From assembly GCA_001800315.1 (NCBI GenBank), contig MGVE01000013.1, positions 2,238 to 66,237 of the forward strand: a DNA stretch of 64,000 nucleotides, read 5' to 3'. A model generated the notes under the pieces. That model was not told the origin of the DNA and did not search any database. It saw only the letters and a list, made by a program, of their open reading frames with translations. The position numbers and the translations under genes were made by a program. Within the stretch, counting starts at the first letter, position 1. Every line of letters begins with the position of its first letter. Of this stretch, positions 43,539-52,724 are shown piece by piece. The stretch comes from Elusimicrobia bacterium RIFOXYA2_FULL_47_53. Lineage in GTDB: Bacteria > Elusimicrobiota > Endomicrobiia > Endomicrobiales > XYA2-FULL-47-53.

Positions 43539-45215
43539 TTACAAAGAAACCAGCCTGCGCGCCAGTTCAATACCTTCCTGAGTGGTTTTACAAAAGTTTT
43601 CCTTCGGAACATATTCAAGCAGCCCGCCCCTTTCAAGTTTATGCTGCCTTTGAGCGTGAATCCCGGTAATAATAAAATTTGTTCCGTATTTTCTCAGCCG
43701 CTTAAACGACTCTCTAAGCGCATGTATTCCGGAGTCGTCCACAACAGGGACATTCTGCATCTCAATAATCAGCACTTTGGGCGGCTTACCTATCTCCGCC
43801 ATCGCTTCCCTGAACTTATAAACGGCGCCGAAAAATAGAGGCCCGTCAATTTTATACATAACGGAACCTTTGGGGAGATCTTTGCGGAACTCCTGCTCTT
43901 TAACGAAGCCTTCTTCGTCCGACAAAGAATCCTCTCTAAAATCTTCCATCTCCAATGCTTTTACAAAAGAAATATTTGTTTTTATACTCATGCGCCTGAC
44001 AAACAGCATAACCGCGACGATAAGACCGACTTTAATGGCCACCGTAAGGTCAACAAATATGGTAAGCGCGACGGTTACTAGCGCCGTAACAGCGCTGCCT
44101 CTGGAAATCTTTAAAAGAGAGACCAGCGTTCTCCACTCGCTCATATGATACGCGACCAGCATTAAAATGCCGGCAAGGCAGGCGAGCGGGATGTAGGCTG
44201 CGAGTTTGCCGAAAAACAGCATAATTAGAAGCAGAACAACGGCATGAATTATTCCTGCGACCGGAGTGCGCCCGCCGCTCTTAACATTGGTGGCCGTACG
44301 CGCGATGGCACCCGTGGCAGGCATACCGCCGAATAACGGGGAGGCAACATTGGCAAGGCCCTGGGCTATAAGCTCGGTGTTGGACCTGTGCTTGCCGCCT
44401 ATCATTCCGTCCGCAACAACCGCCGACAAAAGCGACTCTATCGCGCCTAATATCGCGATTGTAAATGCAGGGCCGATCAGGGCTCTGACGGTTTTGTAAT
44501 CAAACGACGGCAACCCCGGAGCGGGAAACGAATTGGGAATATCACCGAACCGGACGCCGATAGTTTCAACCGGGAGCTTGAAAAAATATACGGCCGCCGA
44601 GGCCAAAAGCAATGCTATAAGCGAACCCGGGATAAGGCGGTTTATTTTTGTCAAAACCCAGACAAGCGCGATTGTGCCGGCTGTTATCACTACGGAATAT
44701 GGATTTATCGCGTAAAGATGCTGCGAAATCGCATTTAATCTGTCAACAAAATCCGGCGGCAGGTTAGTCAGCCCGATACCCAGAAATTCGCTGATCTGCC
44801 CTGTAAATATCAGCACCGCGATACCGAAGGTAAAACCGACCACGACGGAGTGCGGCACATATTTAATTATGGCGCCAAACTTTGCCAGGCCGAAAATAAC
44901 AAGTATTATGCCGGACATGACCGTGGCAATGAGCAGGCCGTTATATCCGTATTGGTGGATTATACCGTAAACAATAATTACAAAGGCTCCCGTTGGGCCG
45001 CCAATCTGCACACGGCTTCCGCCCATCACAGAAACAATCAATCCCGCGACAACTGCCGTAATTATCCCGTTTTCGGGGGCGGCCCCGGACGCGATAGCAA
45101 AAGCTATCGCAAGGGGCAAAGCGACTATGCCGACAATCACACCGGCCATCGCGTCTTTTGAAAAAGCTCTTAAGGAATATTTTTTAAGTGTTTCTACTAT
45201 TTTGGGTCTGAACAT
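43539..45215 (-). CDS. SulP-family anion transporter with C-terminal STAS domain
   Basis: 558 aa. AGVIVGIVALPLAIAFAIASG and GGSRVQIGGPTGAF are signatures of SulP. Soluble C-terminal roughly 120 aa (STAS-like). Confidence 0.85.
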   Translation of the reverse strand: MFRPKIVETLKKYSLRAFSKDAMAGVIVGIVALPLAIAFAIASGAAPENGIITAVVAGLIVSVMGGSRVQIGGPTGAFVIIVYGIIHQYGYNGLLIATVMSGIILVIFGLAKFGAIIKYVPHSVVVGFTFGIAVLIFTGQISEFLGIGLTNLPPDFVDRLNAISQHLYAINPYSVVITAGTIALVWVLTKINRLIPGSLIALLLASAAVYFFKLPVETIGVRFGDIPNSFPAPGLPSFDYKTVRALIGPAFTIAILGAIESLLSAVVADGMIGGKHRSNTELIAQGLANVASPLFGGMPATGAIARTATNVKSGGRTPVAGIIHAVVLLLIMLFFGKLAAYIPLACLAGILMLVAYHMSEWRTLVSLLKISRGSAVTALVTVALTIFVDLTVAIKVGLIVAVMLFVRRMSIKTNISFVKALEMEDFREDSLSDEEGFVKEQEFRKDLPKGSVMYKIDGPLFFGAVYKFREAMAEIGKPPKVLIIEMQNVPVVDDSGIHALRESFKRLRKYGTNFIITGIHAQRQHKLERGGLLEYVPKENFCKTTQEGIELARRLVSL

Positions 45216-45547
45216 TTTTAACTCCTGCTTATATATTTACACCCTGTTAGAGAATATTTCCCACGGACAAATATTACAACGCATGAAAGGGCGTAATATT
45301 TTAAAAACCGTTTTAACAGAATTCCCGTTACATGATAAGAAAAATTGGGGTTTCAGCGGTTATTGCCTGCGGTCATCAGGAAGTACGGCGAGATTCTTGC
45401 GGGCAACTGCGTTATGGTATTTAATTCTACAACTTTTTTTTGCTATTAGCAATTCCCAAAACAATAACCGGCTATCATCCGCTCTAATAGTCACGGAAAA
45501 TCGCCGGTTATAATAAATACAAATAATGCAAAATTCTACAGCAACCC

Positions 45548-45970
45548 CTATACCGCCGTGGTCTCCTTTTTAGCAAAATACTCTTTTGCTTTTGCCACCA
45601 ATTGAGGCATTGTCATCATTCCGGCAGTCTCAACAGCAGAGATGCGCGTCGCCGGCCTATTCTTTTCCATTTGTTTTACAAACTCACCTTTTGCCTCTCC
45701 GGGACCAAGAACATATAGCGAGCCTGCTTCGCTAATGCTTGACAAAACATCGCCAAAGTAGGTTTTCAGGTGTTCCGTATTAATTCTCTCCTTAACATCA
45801 TCAGAAACGGCGCCTCTGTGCCCATTGGGGTTGCCCAAAGGCAGACTGTTATCTGAATCCGTAACTTTTTCAATACCCGATTTAACAGTCATTGTTTCAA
45901 TATTGTTATTTCTCAATGATACTATTATCGCCTCCCTGTGGTCTATCCATAAAACAGTTTTATTACTCAT
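45548..45970 (-). CDS. Hypothetical protein (140 aa)
   Basis: Clean ORF in the minus-strand gene series with no motif I can assign. It vaguely resembles the small host-attachment / release-factor-like fold family (LWIDHREAIIV...LYVLGPGEAKGEF). That resemblance is speculation only. Confidence 0.45.
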   Translation of the reverse strand: MSNKTVLWIDHREAIIVSLRNNNIETMTVKSGIEKVTDSDNSLPLGNPNGHRGAVSDDVKERINTEHLKTYFGDVLSSISEAGSLYVLGPGEAKGEFVKQMEKNRPATRISAVETAGMMTMPQLVAKAKEYFAKKETTAV

Positions 45971-46283
45971 AAAATCCTCCTTACAGGCAACGATTTTTCC
46001 AATAAAACCGGCTCAATACTTTCGCGTTTCCTCCCCAACTACATGCTATCTCTTTATGCGGAATAATGCAACACTAATTCAGTCTTTTTCAGCGTACCGA
46101 GAACCTGACTCGCCGTCTTCGCCTTCCTTTCAGGAAACTCAGAAATGGCTCCGCCCTTCAAATCTCAACTATACCAAAACCTGCTGTGGATAAATTTCAC
46201 CTGAGCTTCATTTTATAGCTGCAAAACCATTAAACAAGCATCAGCAAAAGCAAACTGAAATCAAAATCCAATAAATATTTAAA

Positions 46284-47192
46284 CTATTGTCTGGGCCCGA
46301 TCTTTTTAAAAGCTTCCGCGATTTTTTTCTTCATATCAACGGCAGATCTATCTATTGCCTGACAGTAGGCGTTCACGCCTTTATCAGTAAGATGAATCGC
46401 GTTTTTCCGCAAAAGGCCGACCTTGTCGCCTTCAAAGCGTGTGCCCTGTCCTTTGGAAATAAGCGCGGTTTTAACCGCAAGCTCACCGTCCTTATTTACC
46501 ACAACCAAAGCCGAGCTGATATTAGGTATAGCCGGATCATCGCCGATCAACTTAAGCGACATCATGGGTTTCTTGTACCCCATATCTAATTCCACTATCG
46601 CAACCGCGTCAACCTTGAGATCCTTGCATAGCTTAATGAGCGCCTTGCGCATATTTTCTTTAGGATCTTTTGCATCGCCCGCGTAAACATGGGTTCCGCT
46701 TTGAGCCACGCTTTCAATGGGGATATGTATCATATTGGGGGCGACAAAGTAGTTTGCTGACGCCAAAACCGAACCAACTTTTACCAAAGCTCCGGCCGGA
46801 TTTTCTCTTGCCGTGAGGTTGACAAAATTTTTATAGACGCTGCTCTGCAGAACACTTGAAACCGGAAGCCATTCCCAATCACCAACATCGTTAAGCTGTT
46901 CGGAATAGGCCTTAACCGCGTAAGATACAATCATCTTTTGTTTTTCCGCGAAAGCATTGTCCAGCATATCCATCACACCCGTTGCCTTTGCGGTGGCCCG
47001 GCCCAATGTTTTTAGCGCTGCCGCGCCCTCAGACGCCTTTGGAGCTTTAACATCATAAAACTCCCTATTCATATAAACGCTTATCAGTGCGACCTTCTTA
47101 ACTTTATCAACCGCGGGCCTGATAAGTATACTGCCGCAGCCGCCCAAAAACACTAACGCACCAACCACTAATACTGGCACCAGCTTCTTCAT
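46284..47192 (-). CDS. Lipoprotein of unknown function
   Basis: 302 aa. Signal peptide with lipobox LGGC (MKKLVPVLVVGALVFLGGCGS). Confidence 0.55.
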   Translation of the reverse strand: MKKLVPVLVVGALVFLGGCGSILIRPAVDKVKKVALISVYMNREFYDVKAPKASEGAAALKTLGRATAKATGVMDMLDNAFAEKQKMIVSYAVKAYSEQLNDVGDWEWLPVSSVLQSSVYKNFVNLTARENPAGALVKVGSVLASANYFVAPNMIHIPIESVAQSGTHVYAGDAKDPKENMRKALIKLCKDLKVDAVAIVELDMGYKKPMMSLKLIGDDPAIPNISSALVVVNKDGELAVKTALISKGQGTRFEGDKVGLLRKNAIHLTDKGVNAYCQAIDRSAVDMKKKIAEAFKKIGPRQ

Positions 47193-47280
47193 AATTACGC
47201 TCCCTTTATTAAATTCCGTCCGGTGTCAGGATTGACTTAATGACACGCGGACGCATCCTGAAAATATTACTGAACATCAT

Positions 47281-47563
47281 TCAAAGCTATTGAATTTCAA
47301 ATATTGTTGTTTTGTTGAGAATATTTTTATCCTGCTCCATTTTAAAACTAAACTGAAATGCGCCGCACTATGTAGGCTTTATTTTGAAGGTTAAATTTTT
47401 CAGGAAACTGTTTTAAGGCAACAACTTTTCTATTTTTAACCAGCAGAAGGAATACGCCATCGTTTTCCTGGTTATATTTAGCAATTTTTTCTGCCAAACC
47501 CTGATCTATCTTGCTTGCCTGCTTGCATCAGGAATTGTTCACTTAACGAATAACCTTCCGTCT
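47281..47563 (-). pseudogene. Truncated, frameshifted copy of the 3' part of the 52725..53216 gene
   Basis: About 283 bp aligning with 52719-52997 at roughly 85-90% identity by eye, including the stop and the last codons (KTTIFEIQ*). A 2-nt deletion relative to the intact copy (ctgaaatgcgccgcactatg vs ctgattttgactttgcactaca) breaks the frame. Homology ends exactly at the stop codon of the flavodoxin-like gene. Confidence 0.7.
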
Positions 47564-48366
47564 TATTCTTTTTTAGCTAACTCTTTTTTCTTTTTATCTG
47601 ATATGTAATTTCCGATTATTTCCGCCATAAAACCTACAGCCCGCTTTGATAAACCCAACTTGACTGGATAATAATACGAGCTTTCAAACCAGCCATTTTC
47701 ATTAAAATATTTATAATCTTTCAATGTATTTTTAATATTTTTTTTGATTGATGTACGGACAAGCCTGAACAAGAACAACTTACCAAACGAGGGAACCATA
47801 TTTTTTGAATGATTCAAAACTCCATGAAATCTTTTTACGGCCTTTGAAATGTTGTTTTCAATTTTCTGCTCTTCCGACAAGGTTCTATCATTTGTCTCCG
47901 GCAAAAATGTAAGAACCAGTGCCTGCGCATTTGTAAAACCCCAAAAACTTGCGACTTCCTTAAGATATTTGGCTATATTATCTCCTCCGTAAACTGCCTG
48001 AGTTATTATTGCAAGGAATGACTTATTGAAAAATCTGGGACGATGAAATACAAATGCCAGCCTATCAAGGAAATTCTTCATTAGCGCAGGCACCTGCAGA
48101 GCATAATTTGGGACTGCAAAAATAACTCCATCCGCGTTATCCAATAAAGCGATCAGCAAATCCCTATCATCCTTATGCGGGCAATATTCCTCGCCTTTTG
48201 TAAGGCAGTTAAAACACCCGACACATGCATGCAAGTTTTTTTCCTTTAAAATTATGTATTCAAATTCAGTTTTTTCAAATTCATCAAGTTTCTTCTGTGT
48301 CCTTTCAAGAACCTTAAATGTTTCACTTTTTCTGGGACTTCCCATTATTGCGACTATCTTTTTCAT
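47563..48366 (-). CDS. Flavodoxin-fold NAD(P)H-dependent FMN reductase / iron-sulfur flavoprotein-like protein
   Basis: 267 aa. N-terminal KKIVAIMGSPRKSETF (flavodoxin-like P-loop for FMN), a CVGCFNCLTKGEEYCP Cys motif, and VIFAVPNYALQVP. Confidence 0.65.
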   Translation of the reverse strand: MKKIVAIMGSPRKSETFKVLERTQKKLDEFEKTEFEYIILKEKNLHACVGCFNCLTKGEEYCPHKDDRDLLIALLDNADGVIFAVPNYALQVPALMKNFLDRLAFVFHRPRFFNKSFLAIITQAVYGGDNIAKYLKEVASFWGFTNAQALVLTFLPETNDRTLSEEQKIENNISKAVKRFHGVLNHSKNMVPSFGKLFLFRLVRTSIKKNIKNTLKDYKYFNENGWFESSYYYPVKLGLSKRAVGFMAEIIGNYISDKKKKELAKKE

Positions 48367-48653
48367 GACCTATCCTTTTACACAATAAGCCCAGCGTCAC
48401 CTGCGAAAGAAAAAGTCAAGGCGACACCGTTTATTCAGCGGTACTTTAATGTAAATCTTTATAACCTTTCGGCTTAGTATTATGGTTTTCAAAAATACTT
48501 CTTTTTCATTTTAAACAATGGCACCAAATAGGCATGTTCATTTTCTCTAATAATTGACATTTTTTGGCCTTTATACTTTTCTTGGTTCGGATGTTCTATC
48601 ATTTCAAGGATATATCCCTTTTCAATGCATAGCATTACAATATGATAGATGTG

Positions 48654-49523
48654 TTAATTTATCTGTTCTTTATAATTTCTGACAACATATACAAAACCGG
48701 CCGCAATTATCGCGGCAAGGGCAAGAAATACCACAAGGTCCCGCAACAGGAAGGTCGGGTCATGATTTATATACATAACAATCCCCATTGCATTGACCGC
48801 GATTATCATAGTAAGAAAGAAACCATAAAACAAAAACTGCACCGAGTAGGTTGTCTTTGGCCTTGTCCAGAGCAAATATACGCTTATCAATCCCAGGGGA
48901 ATTGAAAAACCGAGATCAAAGATCCTGACAAGCCAGAAAGCTGCCGGCGCAAGCCCGTATCCGCGCGCGGTTCCGGTTGTAATTACCTCATTAACTTCCT
49001 TCAGCCACATTGAAGCAAATATAAGAAGAAAAACCGTAAACAGGGCGGAGTATACTATCAGGCTGTTTTTCTTAAAACATGTTTCCGCGTTTTTGGGAAA
49101 AATTGATAAAGAGTATAGAAGGATTATGAGCGAAGATATCAATACGAAGAGGAAGTGAAAAGTAAATGCTTCACTATTCCCCAAATATTGCGGCGAACTC
49201 CATTCCCATCCTATTGTATAGCTTAACGCGTAGTAAATAAGGAACAACGGGGTTGAAATCAGGAGATATCTTGAAATCGGTTTTTTCAGGTAAAGCGTAA
49301 TCCCGCCAAATATTAAAATGGGGCTTATCAGAAACATGTTCACGGCATCCTGCCCGATCAGCTGATTATTAATGATTTCAGCTGTTTTGTATTTGATAAG
49401 GCCAAAAAACAATGGGCCGTTTGCCGCCAGATAGACGAGAGTTACCCCAGCCGCGACCGAAATCAGCGACACGAATATTCTTTCAAAATTACTGCCGAAA
49501 ATATCAGCGTATTTATCGCTCAT
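48654..49523 (-). CDS. Polytopic membrane protein of unknown function
   Basis: 289 aa, about 8 hydrophobic helices, AT-rich codon usage. Confidence 0.55.
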   Translation of the reverse strand: MSDKYADIFGSNFERIFVSLISVAAGVTLVYLAANGPLFFGLIKYKTAEIINNQLIGQDAVNMFLISPILIFGGITLYLKKPISRYLLISTPLFLIYYALSYTIGWEWSSPQYLGNSEAFTFHFLFVLISSLIILLYSLSIFPKNAETCFKKNSLIVYSALFTVFLLIFASMWLKEVNEVITTGTARGYGLAPAAFWLVRIFDLGFSIPLGLISVYLLWTRPKTTYSVQFLFYGFFLTMIIAVNAMGIVMYINHDPTFLLRDLVVFLALAAIIAAGFVYVVRNYKEQIN

Positions 49524-49626
49524 CAGACATCCTTTTCAGTCTTTGATTGGACAACCCCGCAGCGGTGTCAGACTGCCTGACACCGGTACGATATTTCAGG
49601 ATCTCCTGGCTGGCCCCAGTGTTCGG

Positions 49627-49743
49627 TCACTTGTTTTCAGGCGAACTCTTATCGTCTTTCAAAATCCTGAAGAAACAATAAACCGCGGCGCCAAGTATCA
49701 GTGTCCATGAAACGGCGAAGAAAATCCAGCCCGCGAGTGTCAT
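49627..49743 (-). CDS. Small (38-aa) single-TM protein translationally coupled to the NSS transporter (MetS-like small subunit candidate)
   Basis: Own translation: MTLAGWIFFAVSWTLILGAAVYCFFRILKDDKSSPENK*. Its ATG overlaps the transporter stop codon (ccATGAca at 49740-49743). Below the 60-aa track cut-off. Confidence 0.45.
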   Translation of the reverse strand: MTLAGWIFFAVSWTLILGAAVYCFFRILKDDKSSPENK

Positions 49744-51317
49744 GGCTTTACCCCCTCGGCGGGAAGGCCCTTGTTTCTGTTCCTCCACGCCACATTCACG
49801 AAAACCCCAAGAAGCGCTATCATGCCGAACAGCATAAACCGCGTCATCAGGACATACGGCTTATTCGCGGCAGGAACATTCTTCATCAGTATGGTGGAGA
49901 TGCCGTCCTGATAGAACCAGCTTGCAAGAATAACAATGAGGAAAACCGGAGTGACATATTTGACAATGAATTTATATATCTTTGGTATCTTCATGGCGGC
50001 GCCGTGATGTATCTCCTCCCAGGCCTTGTCTATGCCGAAGACCCACGAGAAAAGCACGGTTTCTATCGTCGCGAAAAGCACCAGGCAAAAGGTTCCGCCC
50101 CAGAAATCCAGTTCATCCACAACCCCGTTTGCCAGCAGGAAGACAGCCGGCTGACAGAGGATGAAAGTAATGGTTCCAAACAGCAGAACCGCGTCTCTTT
50201 TAGACACACTGAACTCGTCTTCAAGAAACGAAACCGCCGGCTGAGCGAGGGAAATGGACGAAGTTATTCCCGCGAGGAAAAGCAGCGCGAACCACAGGAA
50301 GGAAAAAAACTGGCCCAGCCAGAGCTTTTCAAAAATCAGCGGCATAGTGACAAAGCCAAGATTAAAAGAACCGCTTTTGGCTATATTCATTATTTCACCC
50401 GGGCCAAAAAAAACGAAGGCCGCGGGGATGATTATGCTCCCGCCGAGTATCACTTCGGCAAACTCATTGGTGGCCGATGAAGCAACCCCTGAAAGCACGA
50501 CATCGTCCGATTTATCAAGGTAACTGGCGTAGGTGAGGATTACGCCAATGCCGACGCTTAAGGTGAAGAAAATCTGGCCGGCCGCGGCCAGCCACACCCT
50601 GGCGTCAAGAAGCCTGCCGAAATCAGGGTTCCATAAAAACCCAAGCCCGTTTAAAAGGTTCCATTCAGGTTTTTCCAAATCAGGCGTGCCGAGCGTCAAT
50701 ACCCTGGCGGCAATGATTATACCGAGCAGAAACAACACCGGAAGCGCTTTTGTGCAGAATTTCTCAATGCCTCCCTTCAACCCCTTGTAAATGACGGTTA
50801 TGTTTAAAATAAAGGTTATTATGAAGAAAAAATATGCAGTGCCTATTCCTGAGAAATGGCTGTTTGATTCTATACCCTGGTACCCCCTCAGGAACGCCTG
50901 CATCCCGTCGGTTCCGGCTACCTTTCCCAGGGCGCCGGTCAGCGAGAAAAACGCGTAGCCGAGCAGCCATGACTCTATATATGTATAGTAAATCAGTATG
51001 ACTATCGGCCCGAATATTCCCACAATGCCGAAGTATTTAATAAAACGGTTCTTGCTCCACATGGAATGAAAAATGCCCGGCGCGGTCCCATGCCCGAAAC
51101 CGCCTCCAAACCTCCCCAAAGTCCATTCTATCCACATAAGCGGCAAACCCATTAGAAGCAGAGCTACGAAATACGGAATCATGAATGCGCCGCCGCCGTT
51201 ATTGGCCGCCTGCACCGGAAACCTTAAGAAGTTGCCCAGCCCAACCGCACTGCCAGCCACTGCTAAAATGATACCTAACTTGGATCCCCACTTCTCGCGT
51301 TTTTTAGTTTCCGCCAT
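49740..51317 (-). CDS. Neurotransmitter:sodium symporter (NSS/SNF, LeuT-like) family transporter
   Basis: Preferred start is MAETKKREKWGS (51317), with AGGAG 6 nt upstream. Hallmark motif AVGLGNFLRFPVQAANNGGGAFMIPY. 11-12 TM. Confidence 0.85.
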   Translation of the reverse strand: MAETKKREKWGSKLGIILAVAGSAVGLGNFLRFPVQAANNGGGAFMIPYFVALLLMGLPLMWIEWTLGRFGGGFGHGTAPGIFHSMWSKNRFIKYFGIVGIFGPIVILIYYTYIESWLLGYAFFSLTGALGKVAGTDGMQAFLRGYQGIESNSHFSGIGTAYFFFIITFILNITVIYKGLKGGIEKFCTKALPVLFLLGIIIAARVLTLGTPDLEKPEWNLLNGLGFLWNPDFGRLLDARVWLAAAGQIFFTLSVGIGVILTYASYLDKSDDVVLSGVASSATNEFAEVILGGSIIIPAAFVFFGPGEIMNIAKSGSFNLGFVTMPLIFEKLWLGQFFSFLWFALLFLAGITSSISLAQPAVSFLEDEFSVSKRDAVLLFGTITFILCQPAVFLLANGVVDELDFWGGTFCLVLFATIETVLFSWVFGIDKAWEEIHHGAAMKIPKIYKFIVKYVTPVFLIVILASWFYQDGISTILMKNVPAANKPYVLMTRFMLFGMIALLGVFVNVAWRNRNKGLPAEGVKP

Positions 51318-51416
51318 TTCAAGCTCCTGATGTGCCAGTGGATTTGCTTTGTCAGAGAGCATTATATTTATTTTATCGCGCCGAAGCAAATAATCCAAAT
51401 GAATTTAGGGGGCTTG

Positions 51417-51657
51417 AACCCTGCGGGTTGTAGTCAAGGCTTGTCACTTGAGTTTTGGTTTCGGGGGTTATTCGCGTAGCATTTCATGCGAAACAAAAAG
51501 AAACTTTGCCGCATGGCATAGGGGGGAGCATTTGAATGCTCCCCCACTGGGATGGTAGTAGAGGGGGGTGCCGGCAACGCTACGAAAGGCAAAGTTTCTT
51601 AAAGTTGCAGCTGAAAGATTAATCTCGCAGTAGAGAATAATCCCCGAAACCAAAACT
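51417..51657. repeat. Repeat X, copy 1 (19-nt core + long foldback hairpin)
   Basis: Core aaccctgcgggttgtagtc lies at 51417-51435. The outer stem agttttggtttcgggggttattc (51451-51473) pairs with gagaataatccccgaaaccaaaact (ending 51657). The inner stem is gaaactttgcc/ggcaaagtttc. Homologous to 56426-56622. Confidence 0.8.
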
Positions 51658-51768
51658 CCCATCATGGGACGATGTTCGAACTTATTTCAAGACAATCATT
51701 TGCAGACAACACATTGAATTTGCAATTAATAAGAAGTATTCCTAATCAGCAATTATCTGAGTTGCACA

Positions 51769-51999
51769 TCAAGCGGCATGATGCATGACATAATAATCAA
51801 TTATTTTCCTTATCATTGTCTGATAATGCCCATGTGATTTTTTGGCATATTTCTTGAAAAAATCAACGCTGTTTTGGCTAAGTGTAATCGTTACCTTAAC
51901 ATTCTTTTCCTTGAACGCAAAATGCTCCGGAGCCGGCAAAAAGTCCTTCACTTCTTTAAAGTTCATTGGCTCATTTGTGTAGCTTATTTTTTTCTTCAT
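51769..51999 (-). CDS. brnA: BrnA-type antitoxin (RHH/CopG-like)
   Basis: Preferred start is MKKKISYTNEP (51999), with GGGAGG 8 nt upstream. Pattern ...LPAPEHFAFKEKNVKVTITLSQNSVDFFKKYAKK... Lies directly downstream of brnT and overlaps it. Confidence 0.7.
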   Translation of the reverse strand: MKKKISYTNEPMNFKEVKDFLPAPEHFAFKEKNVKVTITLSQNSVDFFKKYAKKSHGHYQTMIRKIIDYYVMHHAA

Positions 52000-52261
52000 A
52001 ATATGACCTCCCTTTTCTCCAATAACCGGCTCCAATTATCCTTATTATATTGCCCCTATAAGTGAAACGGACCGTTATGATGCCTTTGTCTACCTTCCCA
52101 ATGCAATAGTATCTCTTTTCATCTTTACTATGCTCTAAGTCCTCAAGAATAACGCGATGAGGATCGGCAAACGCAAATTGCGCGTCAAAGAAAGATATAC
52201 CATGCTTGCTAAGATTTACTTCGTCTTTCTTTGGATCCCAATCGAATACCGTCTTATTCAT
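51971..52261 (-). CDS. brnT: BrnT-family (DUF497) toxin
   Basis: 96 aa. FDWDPKKDEVNLSKHGISFFDAQFAFADPHRVILEDLEHSKDEKRYYCIG...IRIIGAGYW matches the BrnT pattern. Confidence 0.8.
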   Translation of the reverse strand: MNKTVFDWDPKKDEVNLSKHGISFFDAQFAFADPHRVILEDLEHSKDEKRYYCIGKVDKGIITVRFTYRGNIIRIIGAGYWRKGRSYYEEKNKLHK

Positions 52262-52331
52262 ATGGGTATATTACCATACCTTTATACATATGTCAAGAGT
52301 ATTCCAAATGAAATATCCCTATAATATCATC

Positions 52332-52530
52332 AAAACCCTGGTAGCAGGATTCCCTCTCGCCCATCCTCTTGGGGGCTTCGGGGCGGGGCGCTCACCGACT
52401 CCCCTTCGGGCGAGGGCTCGTGCCGACACTCTCCCGCGCCTGTCTTATCCTGACCTATTCGTCAGGATAGGCGCCCCACTGCTACCACGAGCTCGTTATT
52501 CCTCGCTCAGCAACCCTGCGGGTTGTAGTC
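52332..52530. repeat. Repeat Y, copy 1
   Basis: About 200 bp, highly similar to 56235-56444. It starts with a degenerate copy of the tRNA-Asn 3' end (aaaaccctggtagcagga) and ends with the 19-nt core. Internal hairpin tatcctgac-ctattc-gtcaggata. Confidence 0.8.
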
Positions 52531-52724
52531 TCGCACCCTAACAACAAAATAGTCCGAAAGAACCCCTTTAGGGGGTTTCTTCGGACTATACTCCCATTAT
52601 AAAACGATGTTCGAACCTATTTTAAGAATACTATACGATAAAACACCTTAATAATACAATGTATCTGCAATGTTTGAATATATATTTCACACAACCGGAA
52701 AATAATAATGAAGATCTTTCAAAG

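Larger units (their letters stand above)
51417..52530. mobile_element. Candidate small non-autonomous integrative element: core-X-brnA/brnT-Y-core
   Basis: Bounded by direct copies of the 19-mer aaccctgcgggttgtagtc (51417-51435 and 52512-52530). At 56.4 kb the same modules occur as Y-core-X. No recombinase gene is present in the window. Confidence 0.35.

Noticed and set aside
48489-48635. 48-codon minus-strand ORF (MLCIEKGYILEMIEHPNQEKYKGQKMSIIRENEHAYLVPLFKMKKKYF) that vaguely resembles a truncated small toxin-like family
   Set aside because: It has no Shine-Dalgarno sequence and sits below any sensible length threshold. The similarity is only from memory. It may be a gene remnant but cannot be supported.
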